A stretch of DNA of 63,769 nt, filler included, from Hyphochytrium catenoides (lineage: Eukaryota > Protista > Hyphochytriomycota): assembly GCA_900088475.1 (NCBI GenBank). It is 16 parts of 16 records of this genome, joined end to end, with 100 filler letters (N's around TTAATTAATTAA, not from the genome) between each part and the next. Parts side by side here need not be neighbours in the genome. Positions count along the whole stretch, not along the records: positions 22,585 to 26,068 come from FLMG01002321.1; positions 26,169 to 27,959 come from FLMG01001470.1; positions 28,060 to 29,914 come from FLMG01002649.1; positions 30,015 to 34,190 come from FLMG01000333.1; positions 34,291 to 35,376 come from FLMG01000073.1; positions 35,477 to 37,072 come from FLMG01001377.1; positions 37,173 to 40,872 come from FLMG01002329.1; 9 more parts are not named here. One strand, given 5' to 3'. Of the stretch, positions 26,014 to 37,512 are shown in pieces; within the stretch, counting starts at the first letter, position 1; each line of letters starts with the position of its first letter. Made by a program: the position numbers and the translations under genes. Under the pieces are notes generated by a model. That model ran no database searches and was not told where the DNA came from. It was given only the letters and a program-made list of their open reading frames with translations.

Positions 26014-26170
26014 TCCTCACTGAAAACACTGATGCCCTGGACCGAGAGTAAATTTACACGCAAAACACNNNNNNNNNNNNNNNNNNNNNNNNNNNNNNNN
26101 NNNNNNNNNNNNTTAATTAATTAANNNNNNNNNNNNNNNNNNNNNNNNNNNNNNNNNNNNNNNNNNNNTG

Positions 26171-26550
26171 GTGCCTCACTATCGTTCTCCATTCGTCAAA
26201 CACCATCACCCTAGTCTATCTTCTCTTCTGAGCTTTTCCATGTGACAGGTCAAGACTTGCTGCAACATCCTCATGTACTAGTAAAGGGAGAAGAGAGGAA
26301 GAGAACGCGAAGGACCATACCTGCGTAGGCTTAGGGTTACTTCTTAGAGGATGCAGTAGGTTAACGTCTTTCCCTCCCTTTCAGATCTTCTTCTAGCAGA
26401 ACTATTCTCTACCTCTTGTACCGTACTACATTGTGCCTCACTATCGTTCTCCATTCGTCAAACATCATCACCCTGGTCTACCTTGTCTTCTGAGCTCTTC
26501 CATGTGGCAGGTTAAGACTTGCTGCAACATCCTCATGTACTAGTAAAGGG
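26171..26550. repeat. Imperfect ~118-bp direct repeat (26171-26288 and 26433-26550)
   Basis: GTGCCTCACTATCGTTCTCCATTCGTCAAAC...GTACTAGTAAAGGG occurs twice with a 262-bp period. Confidence 0.85.
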
Positions 26551-27639
26551 CGTACATAGCCCAGGAAGTGGAGATGCTAACTCACCTTTCCAGTCTTTCC
26601 TCAATTTTTCTTCACTCTTTTTTATCTCATTGTTTCTCTCTGCAGCGGCTTTCCCTACATCTTTCTTTCTTTCTGCTGTGTAATGTATAGGTTCTTAGTC
26701 CTACTTCCTAGCATCCCTAAGTGTCCTTCACTTCGGAATTGGCAAACTGTCTATCTCATTTTGCAATCTCCATCGTCGATAGTCATGTTCTTCCAACTAT
26801 CATCATTCTGATAATGAAGAGGTGCGAAAAAAGATTCATGGACTAATTCAAAGTCTTAAGTACGCGAGATCCAACCAAGAGAACATTCCTGAATTTACGG
26901 ACCTTCTGCAAGCAGAAAAACGGACGCGTAAGGGATGAAAGCGGTAGCGACTAGAAGGAAAAGCATCAGGATATCATTGAATCTAATGATACACTCAGGA
27001 GGCGCCGGGGATGTCCTCTCCTTTCCTTTCTATTTCTCTAATCTTCTCGCTCTTTCGCCGCTCCTTGATGTCTTTCCCCTGTTGTCCCTCTATCAATTAT
27101 GAAATGTTGCGAGAGTGAAGAGAATCATTAAATTCTTTTCTAGCAAACTAACAAATCCATTTAGTAGAGAGAGAGAGAGAGAGAGAATCAATATTTGACG
27201 TATGCAGCTACCTCTTCTGCTTCTCTCTTCTGTTTCTCATTTCTTCTCCTTCCAAATTGGTAAATTTCTTTCAGTAGGGGACACTCCATCTGCCCTCTTT
27301 TCTTCCTCCAGTCATCTCGGCCCAGGTGCCTGACGCTTGTCACCGGGAAGGACGTTACACAGAAAGCGAAGGGAGCAGAGGATGCATGAGTACACGAATA
27401 TAAAGGTATGTAAGAGTGGAAGAAGGAATAAAGGAAAAACGGGGGTCTGTCATCGTTTCTCCCTTGCTAGACCAAAGCACGGGGCAGGCTCATTTTTCTT
27501 TGCCTGTGGCAGAGGTAGAAGTAGGAGTGAGGGACAACAACGTGACATATTTAAAAAGTACGAGTAGTGAAAGGCGTGTAGGACAGAGCAAAACAGTCAA
27601 TGAATCCTTAGTTTCTCAAGTGTATCGAAAAATATGGCC

Positions 27640-27959
27640 TAACCTTCACAGGTGCTAACGATGAAGATATTTGCGGGTACACAGATTCCAACTGGGCAGG
27701 AGATCTGGATGGACGGAAGTCTATCTATGGATTCGTCTTCTTACTAGCCAGAAATGCAGTGATGTGGTCACCTAAAAGGCAGAAGTCTGTGCTCTTTCCA
27801 GTACAGAAGCTGAATATGTTGGGGCCAATGGGGCTACAAGGGAACTCCTTTGTCTGAAGTAAGGTGCGAAAGCTCTCGGAGTTGGTAAGGACTCTCCTCC
27901 AGTCCTTCACGAGGACAATCAAGGGCCTATTTCTCTAGCTAAGGAGGAGAGCCACAAGA
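27640..27959 (+). mobile_element. Degenerate Ty1/copia RT-RNase H remnant
   Basis: GYTDSNWAGDLDGRKSIYGFVFLL...WSPKRQKSV, frameshift, then SSTEAEYVG...HEDNQG. Confidence 0.8.
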
Positions 27960-28287
27960 NNNNNNNNNNNNNNNNNNNNNNNNNNNNNNNNNNNNNNNNN
28001 NNNTTAATTAATTAANNNNNNNNNNNNNNNNNNNNNNNNNNNNNNNNNNNNNNNNNNNNAGAAAGAAAGAGAGAGAGAGAGAGAGGGAGAGAGAGAGAGA
28101 GACCCAAAGCAAAGGTTGCATAGAGGAAGAAGAGAACAGCGTCAGAAGATATCATTCTAAAAAAGAGAGACGTGCCCAACAATGACGTGGACTCGGGCGA
28201 GAGGACTAAGGAGAGACAGCCGTAGAAAACTCGAACCTTAGGGAAAATCAACACCAAAAGAGAGAGGGAACGAGAAGAAAGACCCAC

Positions 28288-29221
28288 CTGATACCATGAG
28301 AGTAAATCCGCTAGGATGAGGGTGCCCACAGGGACATCTGGGTGCTCTTTCTCCTGCTCTGCCACCATCGGAAGCTCGGCAGCACGTACCGCAAAGCCCA
28401 TGACAATAAGCAAGAGCCCTCGAAGAGAGAAGAACCTAGGCCAATAATCGGAAGAGAGAAGGACATGAGAGAGTGAGATAGTGGAGACATCTAACAGGCT
28501 GAGAGGAGGACGCGAAAAGAGAAGAGACGGAGCGAGAGACAATCAGCTGGAGAACGAGGCAAGAGCGAAGCTGGATTGAAAGTTTGAACTGAGAATGAGT
28601 AAGATCAACAAAAGGAGAAGAGAGAGAGAGTAAGACAGACAGTGTGAAAGAGGGGGAAAAGAGAGAGAGAGAGAGAGAGAGAGANNNNNNNNNNNNNNNN
28701 NNNNNNNNNNNNNNNNNNNNNNNNNNNNNNNNNNNAGAGAGAGAGAGAGAGACCAGCCGGGACGTGGAGAGAGAGAAACGTGATAGAAATGGTTGAAAAA
28801 CGAGAATGAACTAGATCAAGGGAAGGAGAGGATTAAGGAGCAAGAGGATGAAAGAGCAGGGAGAAAGAGAAAGGAAAAGATCCTTGAAAGGGAAAGAGAG
28901 AGAGAGAAGTCAGTAAGAGAACGAGTCCAAAGACTAGCCAGACATAGGACAGACAAAGTTTTGAAATTGACTGGCGGCCGAGTAGCAGCTCCCGCGGCAA
29001 TGACAGAGCAAAAAGCGATGAAAAGAAATGGTTAACCTCAGCAGCTTCTCATCACTCCAGCTCTGTCCTCTTCTGGAGAAGATGAAGAGGATCATCCCGG
29101 CTCCCATGAGGAAGCTGAAGCCTGGGGCGCAGATATGGCTCACAACGCGGGCAAAGAAGTATCCCGGCTTTCCTACATTTTACGCAGAGTCAGCGCAACA
29201 GAACTAAGACCAAGAGAGAGG

Positions 29222-29280
<59 letters not shown>

Positions 29281-29804
29281 CCCTACCTGAATACATCTCT
29301 AGGGGAGTTGACCAGCCTGTCATACGCAAAGAGACCGTCCAGGCGGGAGAGAGAGGAGGACACACTTTTAGCAAAAGCACAATCTTAGAGAGAGAAAGAG
29401 AGAGAGCACCAAGAGAGAGAGAGCGAGAAGCAGAGCACCGTGGACGAGAGGAATTTGACCAAAAGACGTTCCTCTCCTTTTTCTACTTGTCTGCTACCTT
29501 CAGAGTGTCGCGCGCCCTCTCGAGTCCCATCAGGACGCTGCCCATCGCTGCCCGTATATTGAGCTAGGAAGTCCTTGGTATGGTCCCAAGCCATTATGCA
29601 CATGATGAGACCACGAAGCAGGTCGAGGCTTTGGACTCTTTGCGGCACAGACGCCGTTCGTCTTGCCATTTCCTCTGTCCCAGCCAGGAGAGGAACGTGG
29701 AACTCATCTTTGGCAGTGCCAAGGTCGCTGTGGCTCTGGAGCTTCTCCTCCGTCCGTCCTCCGGCAGCCTCTGTTCCATCTGCAAACTGCCCGTTGGACG
29801 GCAT
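28288..29804 (-). CDS. DUF1624 / HGSNAT-catalytic-like membrane acyltransferase (5' part, spliced, truncated by contig end)
   Basis: RVQSLDLLRGLIMCIMAWDHTKDF; FFARVVSHICAPGFSFLMGAG; RFFSLRGLLLIVMG. These match bacterial DUF1624 motifs (SIDxLRGLxMxxMxLDH, THxCAPxFxFLxG, RGLxL). Confidence 0.8.
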
Positions 29805-31851
29805 CTCTCTCCTTTGTTGCTTGCTCTAAAGATTCTCTTTCTAATCTCCAGATTTATAGCTCGCCGCTAATTGAAGATTTTTGCCTCTCCGATGAAGGAT
29901 CTCAGATGCAGAGANNNNNNNNNNNNNNNNNNNNNNNNNNNNNNNNNNNNNNNNNNNNTTAATTAATTAANNNNNNNNNNNNNNNNNNNNNNNNNNNNNN
30001 NNNNNNNNNNNNNNTCATCTCCGCAGAGAAGCAGGTGGTGGCTGGGACGAACTATCGGATGGTGCTGGAAGTTAAGAGGCTGACGGCGGCTAGCTGGCCC
30101 GGTCTTTAAGGTGACAGCTGGTAGTGTTCTGCAACCTTCAGGGCGGGGCAGCATTCACTCACCTCGTGGGCCCAGAATCCATGATGATGGACGGCCAACT
30201 GTCTTCTGCCTTGCTTCTGCTGGTGGCCTGAGCAGTCTCTTATCCTCTCCAGCGCCGCCATAGCGCGCGGCAAAAAGAAGATTTACACTTTGATATAAGA
30301 AAGGAATAGATAAATTTGAACAATTTGGAGACATCAGCGGCGCTGCTCCTCTGGTTCAGATGCTCTGGGTTTCATGTCGCTCTTACTGAGGTATCGGCAT
30401 TACTTCTCCTCCCTGGAGAGATCTTCTGGAGATCCTTCTCCTCTTCCTGGTGAACAGAGCTCTCATCATCATACGTTCGTTACTCTTCTTCCTTCTAATT
30501 CTGATGACTTTTCAAACGGCACTTCTTCCCACCGAGTTAGGCGACAGGAGGTGACGTTGGACATGGTAGCTTGCTGCGGCACAAGGTCTCTTCTGATCTG
30601 TGATGATTACCTTCTTCTTTCGTCTTTAGAGGCGGTTGTATGGGTCGTGATGACGCCTGCCCCGTCGTGAGGTTACATGGAGGAGGACACCCGGCTCCTT
30701 GGCCAAGCTCATCTCCTGCCCTGCTGCCCATAACAAGGCAAGGGAAGCAGTAGAAGTAGTGGGGCTGGGTGCTGCATCATCCTCTGCTAGGCTGCTTGGG
30801 CTCTTTATGGAGCGTCAGACGGCTCATCAGCGGGCTTCCCGTTCTGCTCTGCACTGTGATCATCAGCCTGTGGTCGTTGGGCGGCATCAGCAGCCTGCAG
30901 ATCCTTAAATCTATGTTCTGGTGCCAAGCTTACAGAGCCCAAGAAGGGCAGAAGATCGCCCTTCATCACTGGTTTGGTCGGTGAGACGCTATCTACGATG
31001 TCGAGGAGCCACGCGAAGCATGTCAGGAGGAGAGTTGGAAGCTAGACGCTGGAAGAAAAGGGAAGAAGAGCCAGACATGGTGAAGAGTGAGACAAAGAAA
31101 GAACCACGCTCGACGGACGAGGCCAGTGCAGGAAAAAGAAAGGATGATGACCAACAAAAAAGGAGGAGGAAGTTTGAGCCCCACTAGATGACGTGGCGGA
31201 GCAAGGCCGGAGGAGAGCAGGAGGTCCAGCACGAAGGAGGAGGAGGAGCACAAGGAGCAGCAGGCAGACGCCAGCTCAATTAGAATCCCTGGCGAGAGAG
31301 AGAAGCATATCCGCGCGACAAATGAGCGCATGGAAGTACGAGACGTCTTTCCTTCTTCATTTCATTTGCTGGCACCACTGAGACTGTCCCCATCATCACG
31401 CCAGGCAGTGGCATCGCCTGCGCTATGAAGAGTAGACGTGGTCCATAATAAGACGCAGCCACCGTTGCCGATGACACTCTTTCTTCGGCATGTTTAGCTG
31501 ATAGTACGAGGCCTGGATCTTGCCTGTTATTATCCTTATAATATTATAGGACAACGGGATGATGAGCACTTTTTGCCGCGCTCATCACCGCCGCGCCGCG
31601 CCGCGCGCCGCGCCAATCTGCAATAATCTCTCTTTATAATCTCTATCGGACCTGCATACTCACTCTTGATATCTAGAAGCTACTAAGAAGAATGAAGAAG
31701 GAGAAGGTGTGAGGCCAGCAAGGGCTCCTCGGAGGCCCGCAATCATCTCTCTCGTCCAGCTGCTATCTTCCTAGTAGCCAGTGCCTTTCTCTTTTCACCG
31801 CGTATCGTCAGCGCGATCACAGGGCACGAATGTGACGGATCTTCTGTCAAG

Positions 31852-31918
<67 letters not shown>

Positions 31919-32570
31919 AGAAAAAAGAGAGAGAGAAAAAGAGGTCTTCAGGGGCAATATTATCATCAGCGCGGAGCCCAGGTTGTCAACCTCTGAATTT
32001 CTTCGGCGGCACCACGAGGAGGCGTTCTCAAGCCAATCTTTGGGAGGAAGAGTCTCTCGCCGACGGAGCCTTGATTTCTTTCTTTCTTCTGAGCTATCGT
32101 TATCATCATGCCACATAATCTATGTGGCGCTCTCTCTCGTCTCCCTCTCTCGCTCCTCTCTCTTTCTTCCTCTCTCTCTCTTTCTTTTCTCTCGTTCTCG
32201 GCCCTCTCTCTTCTTTTGCTCTTTCTTTCTCTCTCTTTCTTTTTTCCTTTCTCTCTCTCCCTCTCTTTCACTTTCTCTTTCTCTTCTGTCTCTCTCTCTC
32301 TCTTTCTCTTTCTCTTCTGTCTCTCTCTCTCTCTCTTCTCACAAGGCCACGCCCAAAGCCTATTATTTATGATATACTTATGGCTCTTCCTCCTGCTGCC
32401 CCAAGGAATCGCCAAGGATCAGGCAGCTTTGCAGTTAAGAATGCGCGCAGACGCCGCGTCGGCCGGTTCTGCCGCCGCCAAGAGGAAACACTAGAGCAGA
32501 AGTCTGAAAAGGAGGAGAACGAAGCTAGCTCTGGGTCCGTGCAGTAGAGGTAGTTCCTTCCACTTGGAAA

Positions 32571-32610
<40 letters not shown>

Positions 32611-32713
32611 TCTCTCTCATCTCAATCTCTCTCTCTCGTTCGCCCTCTTTTCTTTTCTCCCGTTTCTCCTCGTGCTTCCTCTTTCTGTCGACCAAAGACG
32701 ACGACGGGCACCC

Positions 32714-32750
<37 letters not shown>

Positions 32751-33870
32751 CTCCCCGCTCTGTCCTTCCCTCCCTCCGTTGTTTCTGCCGCTACTTCGTC
32801 GTCTCTCTACCCCTCTCATTCTTTCTTCTGTTTCTTTTCCTCATTACGTCTCGCTTGTCTTTCTCTCACTTGTCGTTCCTCTCTCTCTCTCCTCTCTTGT
32901 TCCCTCTCTCTCACTTGTTCTCTCTTCTCCTCCTCTTCTTCTTTCTCTCTCTCTCTTTTGTCAATCGCGTCCGTTGGCAGATATACCGTTAGCGGCTCTA
33001 GCGGCTCTTTAGCCAGTTACAGGATTTCGGATCTGGTTTGTCCGTTGTACCGTTAGTTCAAGGCAAGTACTGTTTCTTAGAGCCGCTATAAGTAAACTCG
33101 TAGGCATGATAGTAGTAATACGGCAGAGCTGAGGCCTACTCTATGTTTATAGCAGGAGAAGGAGGTATAGTAAATCTAGCTCTGAGGAAGACAGAGCCCA
33201 CGGGAGAGGAAGAGAGAGAAAGAGAAAGAGTGAGAGAGAGAGAGAGAGAGAGTGAGAAAAAGAGAGAGAGAGTGAGAAAAAGAGAGAGAGAAGAGAGCGA
33301 GAAAGAGAGAGAGAGTGTGAGAAATAGAGAGACAGAAAGAGAGAGAGAGAGAAAAAGAGAGAGAGAGACAGAAAGAGAGAGAGAGAGAGACAGAAAGAGA
33401 GAGGGGGAGAGAGAGAGAGAGAGAGATTGAGGTGGAAGAGGAGGAAAGTAGAAGGCAATCTTCAGCTGTAGCTGTAGACGATGGGAGAGGCTCCTCTCTC
33501 TCGCTCGAAAAAGGAGAGACGTGGCTCAACGGAAAAGTGGACAAGCACGAGGGAGCGAGAGAGAGGGCCAAAGAGAGAAGCAGGAGGCTTTGAAGAGAGA
33601 GAGAAAGAGACAGAACAGAGGGGAGAGAGCAAGAGAGAGAGAGAGCAAGAGCCTCAAGATCCGCATTGCCGCCGCTTCTGCTGCAGATTTCTCCTTCCCA
33701 GAAGACAAAAGAGAGAAAGAGACACGAAGACTCTTTATCTCTCTTCTTCTTTCCTCATAAGCACAGCACCAAGAGCCTAGCCCGCAGAGCAGCGTGTTTG
33801 TGAAAGAGACAGGGAAAGACACAAGAAAAAAAGAGAGAGAGAGAGAGAGAGAAGGGGAGAGAGAGGAAAG

Positions 33871-33979
33871 ATGGCTTCTTCTATGACGCAGAATATTGCT
33901 CGGAACCTGCAGCAGGTGAAGAGCCAGATTACAAAGTCAGGAGGATCGGACTCCAAGTTCTTCACCACCACCAAGAAAG
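33871..33979 (+). CDS. First exon of an AP-1/AP-2 complex beta subunit (beta-adaptin); rest lost at contig end
   Basis: MASSMTQNIARNLQQVKSQITKSGGSDSKFFTTTKK-G followed by a GTAAGT donor. SDSKxFTTTKKG is the beta1/2-adaptin N-terminal signature. Confidence 0.7.
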
Positions 33980-36171
33980 GTAAGTAAGAGAGAGCGCGCG
34001 CGAGAGAGAGAGAGAGAGAGAAAAAAAGAGAGAGAGAAAGAGAGTGCAGCAGGGTCGCAAGGATACGTTGCCAGGGACGAAGAGGAGAGGGAAAAAGGGA
34101 GAGAGAGCACGAAGGAAGCTCTAAGGGGCAAATGAGAATAGATAGATAGGCACTGGGAATAGAAAGAGAGAGAGAGAGAGAGAGAGAGAGNNNNNNNNNN
34201 NNNNNNNNNNNNNNNNNNNNNNNNNNNNNNNNNNTTAATTAATTAANNNNNNNNNNNNNNNNNNNNNNNNNNNNNNNNNNNNNNNNNNNNAGTCTAAATC
34301 TCAAAGAACAATGAGTACCGTGAAATAGCTTTTATTACCCGAAGCTGAAGAGAAAAGGCCCGAAAAGGACAGCCAAAGGTCTCTGCCTCCTGTAACATTC
34401 AGTCCACCCTTTCTCTGTCTTGCCTCCGAAAAGACTCCTAAAGACAGAGGACAACCTTTGTAAGAGCTCCCATTTCTGGTACCTCTTGTGTTTTGGTCAA
34501 GGAAAAGAAAAACAAAGGAAACTGGAAATGGGTCCCCACCCGTTCTCTTCAAATATTAACTATTGAGAAATAGAACTTGGGAAGAGGATGGAGTGGGGCG
34601 CGCCTAGATTTTGGAGCGCCATCTTTTCAATCTTTAGAATATCTTTGGTCATGACATTTTGAGTTATTACTACTCCGTTCGTAATCATGTTGACCTTGAT
34701 CATTCCACCATTGTGTTTATTACTACACCACTCTAGTCAGCGAGGATCGAGTTTTGGGCCTCTCATCAGGGCGATCCCTGCAATAATAATTGGCGCCATC
34801 TGGGTGTTATGTAGCTTTATAATGGTCAGTAGTATTTAATTTTGAAGGTCCAAGACTTTCTTAACCTCATTGCACTGAGGGCGTACGAAATAGACCCTTT
34901 TGTGTGGTCCACCAGGGGAAATACTTGTTTATATAAACAGGGGATACGGCGCTTGGCCAAATCAACTTCGGCTCAACTGGAAAAGCTTCTCTAGGTTCCA
35001 TTCAATAGTCTCTGAGTCTCTCCATACATTCGCCGCCTTAGGGTTTTTAAAGGCCTATTAGCCTAGACAAGTACTCGAACCTTACCCGCCTTTCGTTGCA
35101 TATGAGGGTCAAAGCAGGATGGGCTCCCTTCCCCTCCCTCATCAGAGGCGCAGAAGGCCATCAAAAATGCAAGAGAGGGAAGACACCACCACCGTCACAC
35201 AGAACAGGAGATGCTCACCCCAGGTAGCCACGGCTTCAACAAAGGAATATTGGATTGTTTATACTGAGAGCCGTGGTTATTTATCAGTGGGGTATCGGCG
35301 GTGCTCACCCTGTTTGAAGGTGGAGGGAAAGAGAAATGCTCAATTGCCCTACTTTCTGTTTCTCTCTCTCTCTCTCNNNNNNNNNNNNNNNNNNNNNNNN
35401 NNNNNNNNNNNNNNNNNNNNTTAATTAATTAANNNNNNNNNNNNNNNNNNNNNNNNNNNNNNNNNNNNNNNNNNNNCCCCCCCCTCTTCCCTCTCCATCT
35501 CTCTCTCTCCTCCTCTATCTCTCTCTTACCCTCTCCCTTGCTCTCGCTCTAACTTTCTCTTCCTTCTTTGTCTACCTTTCGATCACTTTTGCCACCGCTC
35601 TTCTGTCCAACTTTATGTTGTTGTTCTCTTTTTCCAGCTTTTTCTCTCCTCTCTTTCTCTCCACGATACTCTCATATCTTAATCTCTTCTTCTCTCTTTG
35701 GGCTCAGTATCGAGTGCTCTGTGCAACCTACTTTCCTCTCCCCCGGCCATGTCTCCCCATTCTCTCGCTCTCCACCCTTCTCTTCTTCTTCTTCGTCGAG
35801 TTCTTTCTTTCCTCGATCTCCTTTCTGTCTCTTTATATTCTCTCCCATAACTCTTCTTTCTAGACTTTTTACGCTTACATCTCTCCTGTCTTTTTGCATC
35901 TCTCTCTCCTTCTCTTGTCACCCTTTTCGTTTCTCCCTCTCCACTCTCTCTCTCTCTCTCTCTCTCTGCTTCTCTTTCACCATTGCGAAGTTTCGCCCTT
36001 TATCCTCCTGCGCTCTCAGGCAGAAATGCTCTCTTCTACCAGCTCATCACCTCTCTCTCTTTCTCTGGTTTGGGTACATCCGTTTAACGCCAGAAAAGAG
36101 AGAGGCTCTTCTTTTTTCTCTCTTCTCTTCTCTCTCTCCTTGATGTTGCTGCTGCTTCGTCTGAAGATTGC

Positions 36172-36208
<37 letters not shown>

Positions 36209-36668
36209 AGTTCTTATAAGAGGGAAGATGAACTTTAAGGGACTTGGAAGGACGAAGAAGAAAAGACGCGAGAAGAGAAAAAGAAAGACGGGGAGAGACG
36301 ATTTCAGTGCTTTCTAAGAGGGGAAGCAGAATAAAAGAGAGACAACATAACAAGGAGCGAGAGAAGAAGATAAAAGTTGGAGAGAGAGCAGAGAAGAAAG
36401 AGGGAGAAAAGACATGAGAAGAAAAGGACAGAGAAGAAGATTGAAAGGGTGGAAGAAGGGAGAAGAGAAGCGGATTTTCTTGTCTCTCTTGCGTTGAAGA
36501 AGAAGCTGACAGCCAGAGAGCAAAATGAAAGAAGGGAAAGACAAGAAAGACTTGTTGGAGGCTCCCTCGATTCAACACATTGACTGAGTTCCAATCAACC
36601 AAGGAGTACACGGCGAGAGACACGCCAGAGGGAGACAGAGAGAGGGAGAAATGAGAGAGAGAGACAGA

Positions 36669-36700
<32 letters not shown>

Positions 36701-36975
36701 AAGAGCGACAGAGGAAAAAAAGAGAGAGGGAAAAAGCCAGAGAAAGAAGAGAGAGACAGAGAGACAGGGAGAGAGAGAGAAAGAGACGGGGAACAACGAG
36801 AGAGAGAGACAGAGACAGAGTTAGAAAGAGAGCGAGAGAGAGAAAAACAGATAGGGAGGAAGGGACAGAGAGCTAAAGCAGAGCCGAGCACCAACGACGA
36901 AGAAAGACAACATGAAGGGCAGGAAAAGAGAGGAAGATGACACGCAGCACAAACAGACACACACACCCGAGCACG

Positions 36976-37012
<37 letters not shown>

Positions 37013-37512
37013 GTGACGGAGACAGAGACAGAGAGAGAAGAAGAAAAAGAAAGAAAGAAAGAAAGAGAGAGANNNNNNNNNNNNNNNNNNNNNNNNNNNN
37101 NNNNNNNNNNNNNNNNTTAATTAATTAANNNNNNNNNNNNNNNNNNNNNNNNNNNNNNNNNNNNNNNNNNNNCCGTAAAGAGCTTAGCCTAACAGATAAT
37201 GCGGCTGCCTCCCTCATGGGCAGGGAATATGATGTCCAGAAGGGCAAAGTCATACAGGCTTCAGTGTGATTAATTGACAATAGAGTATTATAGTAGAATC
37301 TTAATCTAATGAAAGCTGCCTTCGTCTCGCTCTTCCTTGCAAGCAATAAGCGCAAATTTATCTCTAGGTGGCGCCCAACAAGGGAACCTGTCGCCAATTC
37401 TATTTAAAAAAGAAGTACAAACGTAAGCCGGGTGTAGGGGCTCTTCTTGCTGCTATTGGCTTACTGTTCCGCCCAAATGTGACCACTAAGAGCAGAGATT
37501 TGCAGCCTCAGA

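Larger units (their letters stand above)
1..37072. repeat. Pervasive (CT)n/(AG)n microsatellite tracts in introns, UTRs and intergenic DNA
   Basis: Directly visible throughout; most gaps and contig ends fall in these tracts. Confidence 0.97.

Noticed and set aside
33883-33930. IARNLQQVKSQI resembles the YggS/PLPBP N-terminus
   Set aside because: Short amphipathic helix only; the following SDSKFFTTTKKG fits beta-adaptin.
14549-33979. AP-4 sigma plus beta-adaptin (and cyclase plus 7TM) as gene clusters
   Set aside because: They lie on different contigs separated by artificial linkers.
34760-35040. Possible AAA-ATPase pseudogene on the minus strand (HKRVYFVRPQCNEVKKVL)
   Set aside because: Several stops and no P-loop visible; not supportable without a search.
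627-37128. Hundreds of SLSLSL / ERERER ORFs
   Set aside because: Translations of (CT)n/(AG)n tracts that lack stop codons; many lie inside introns.
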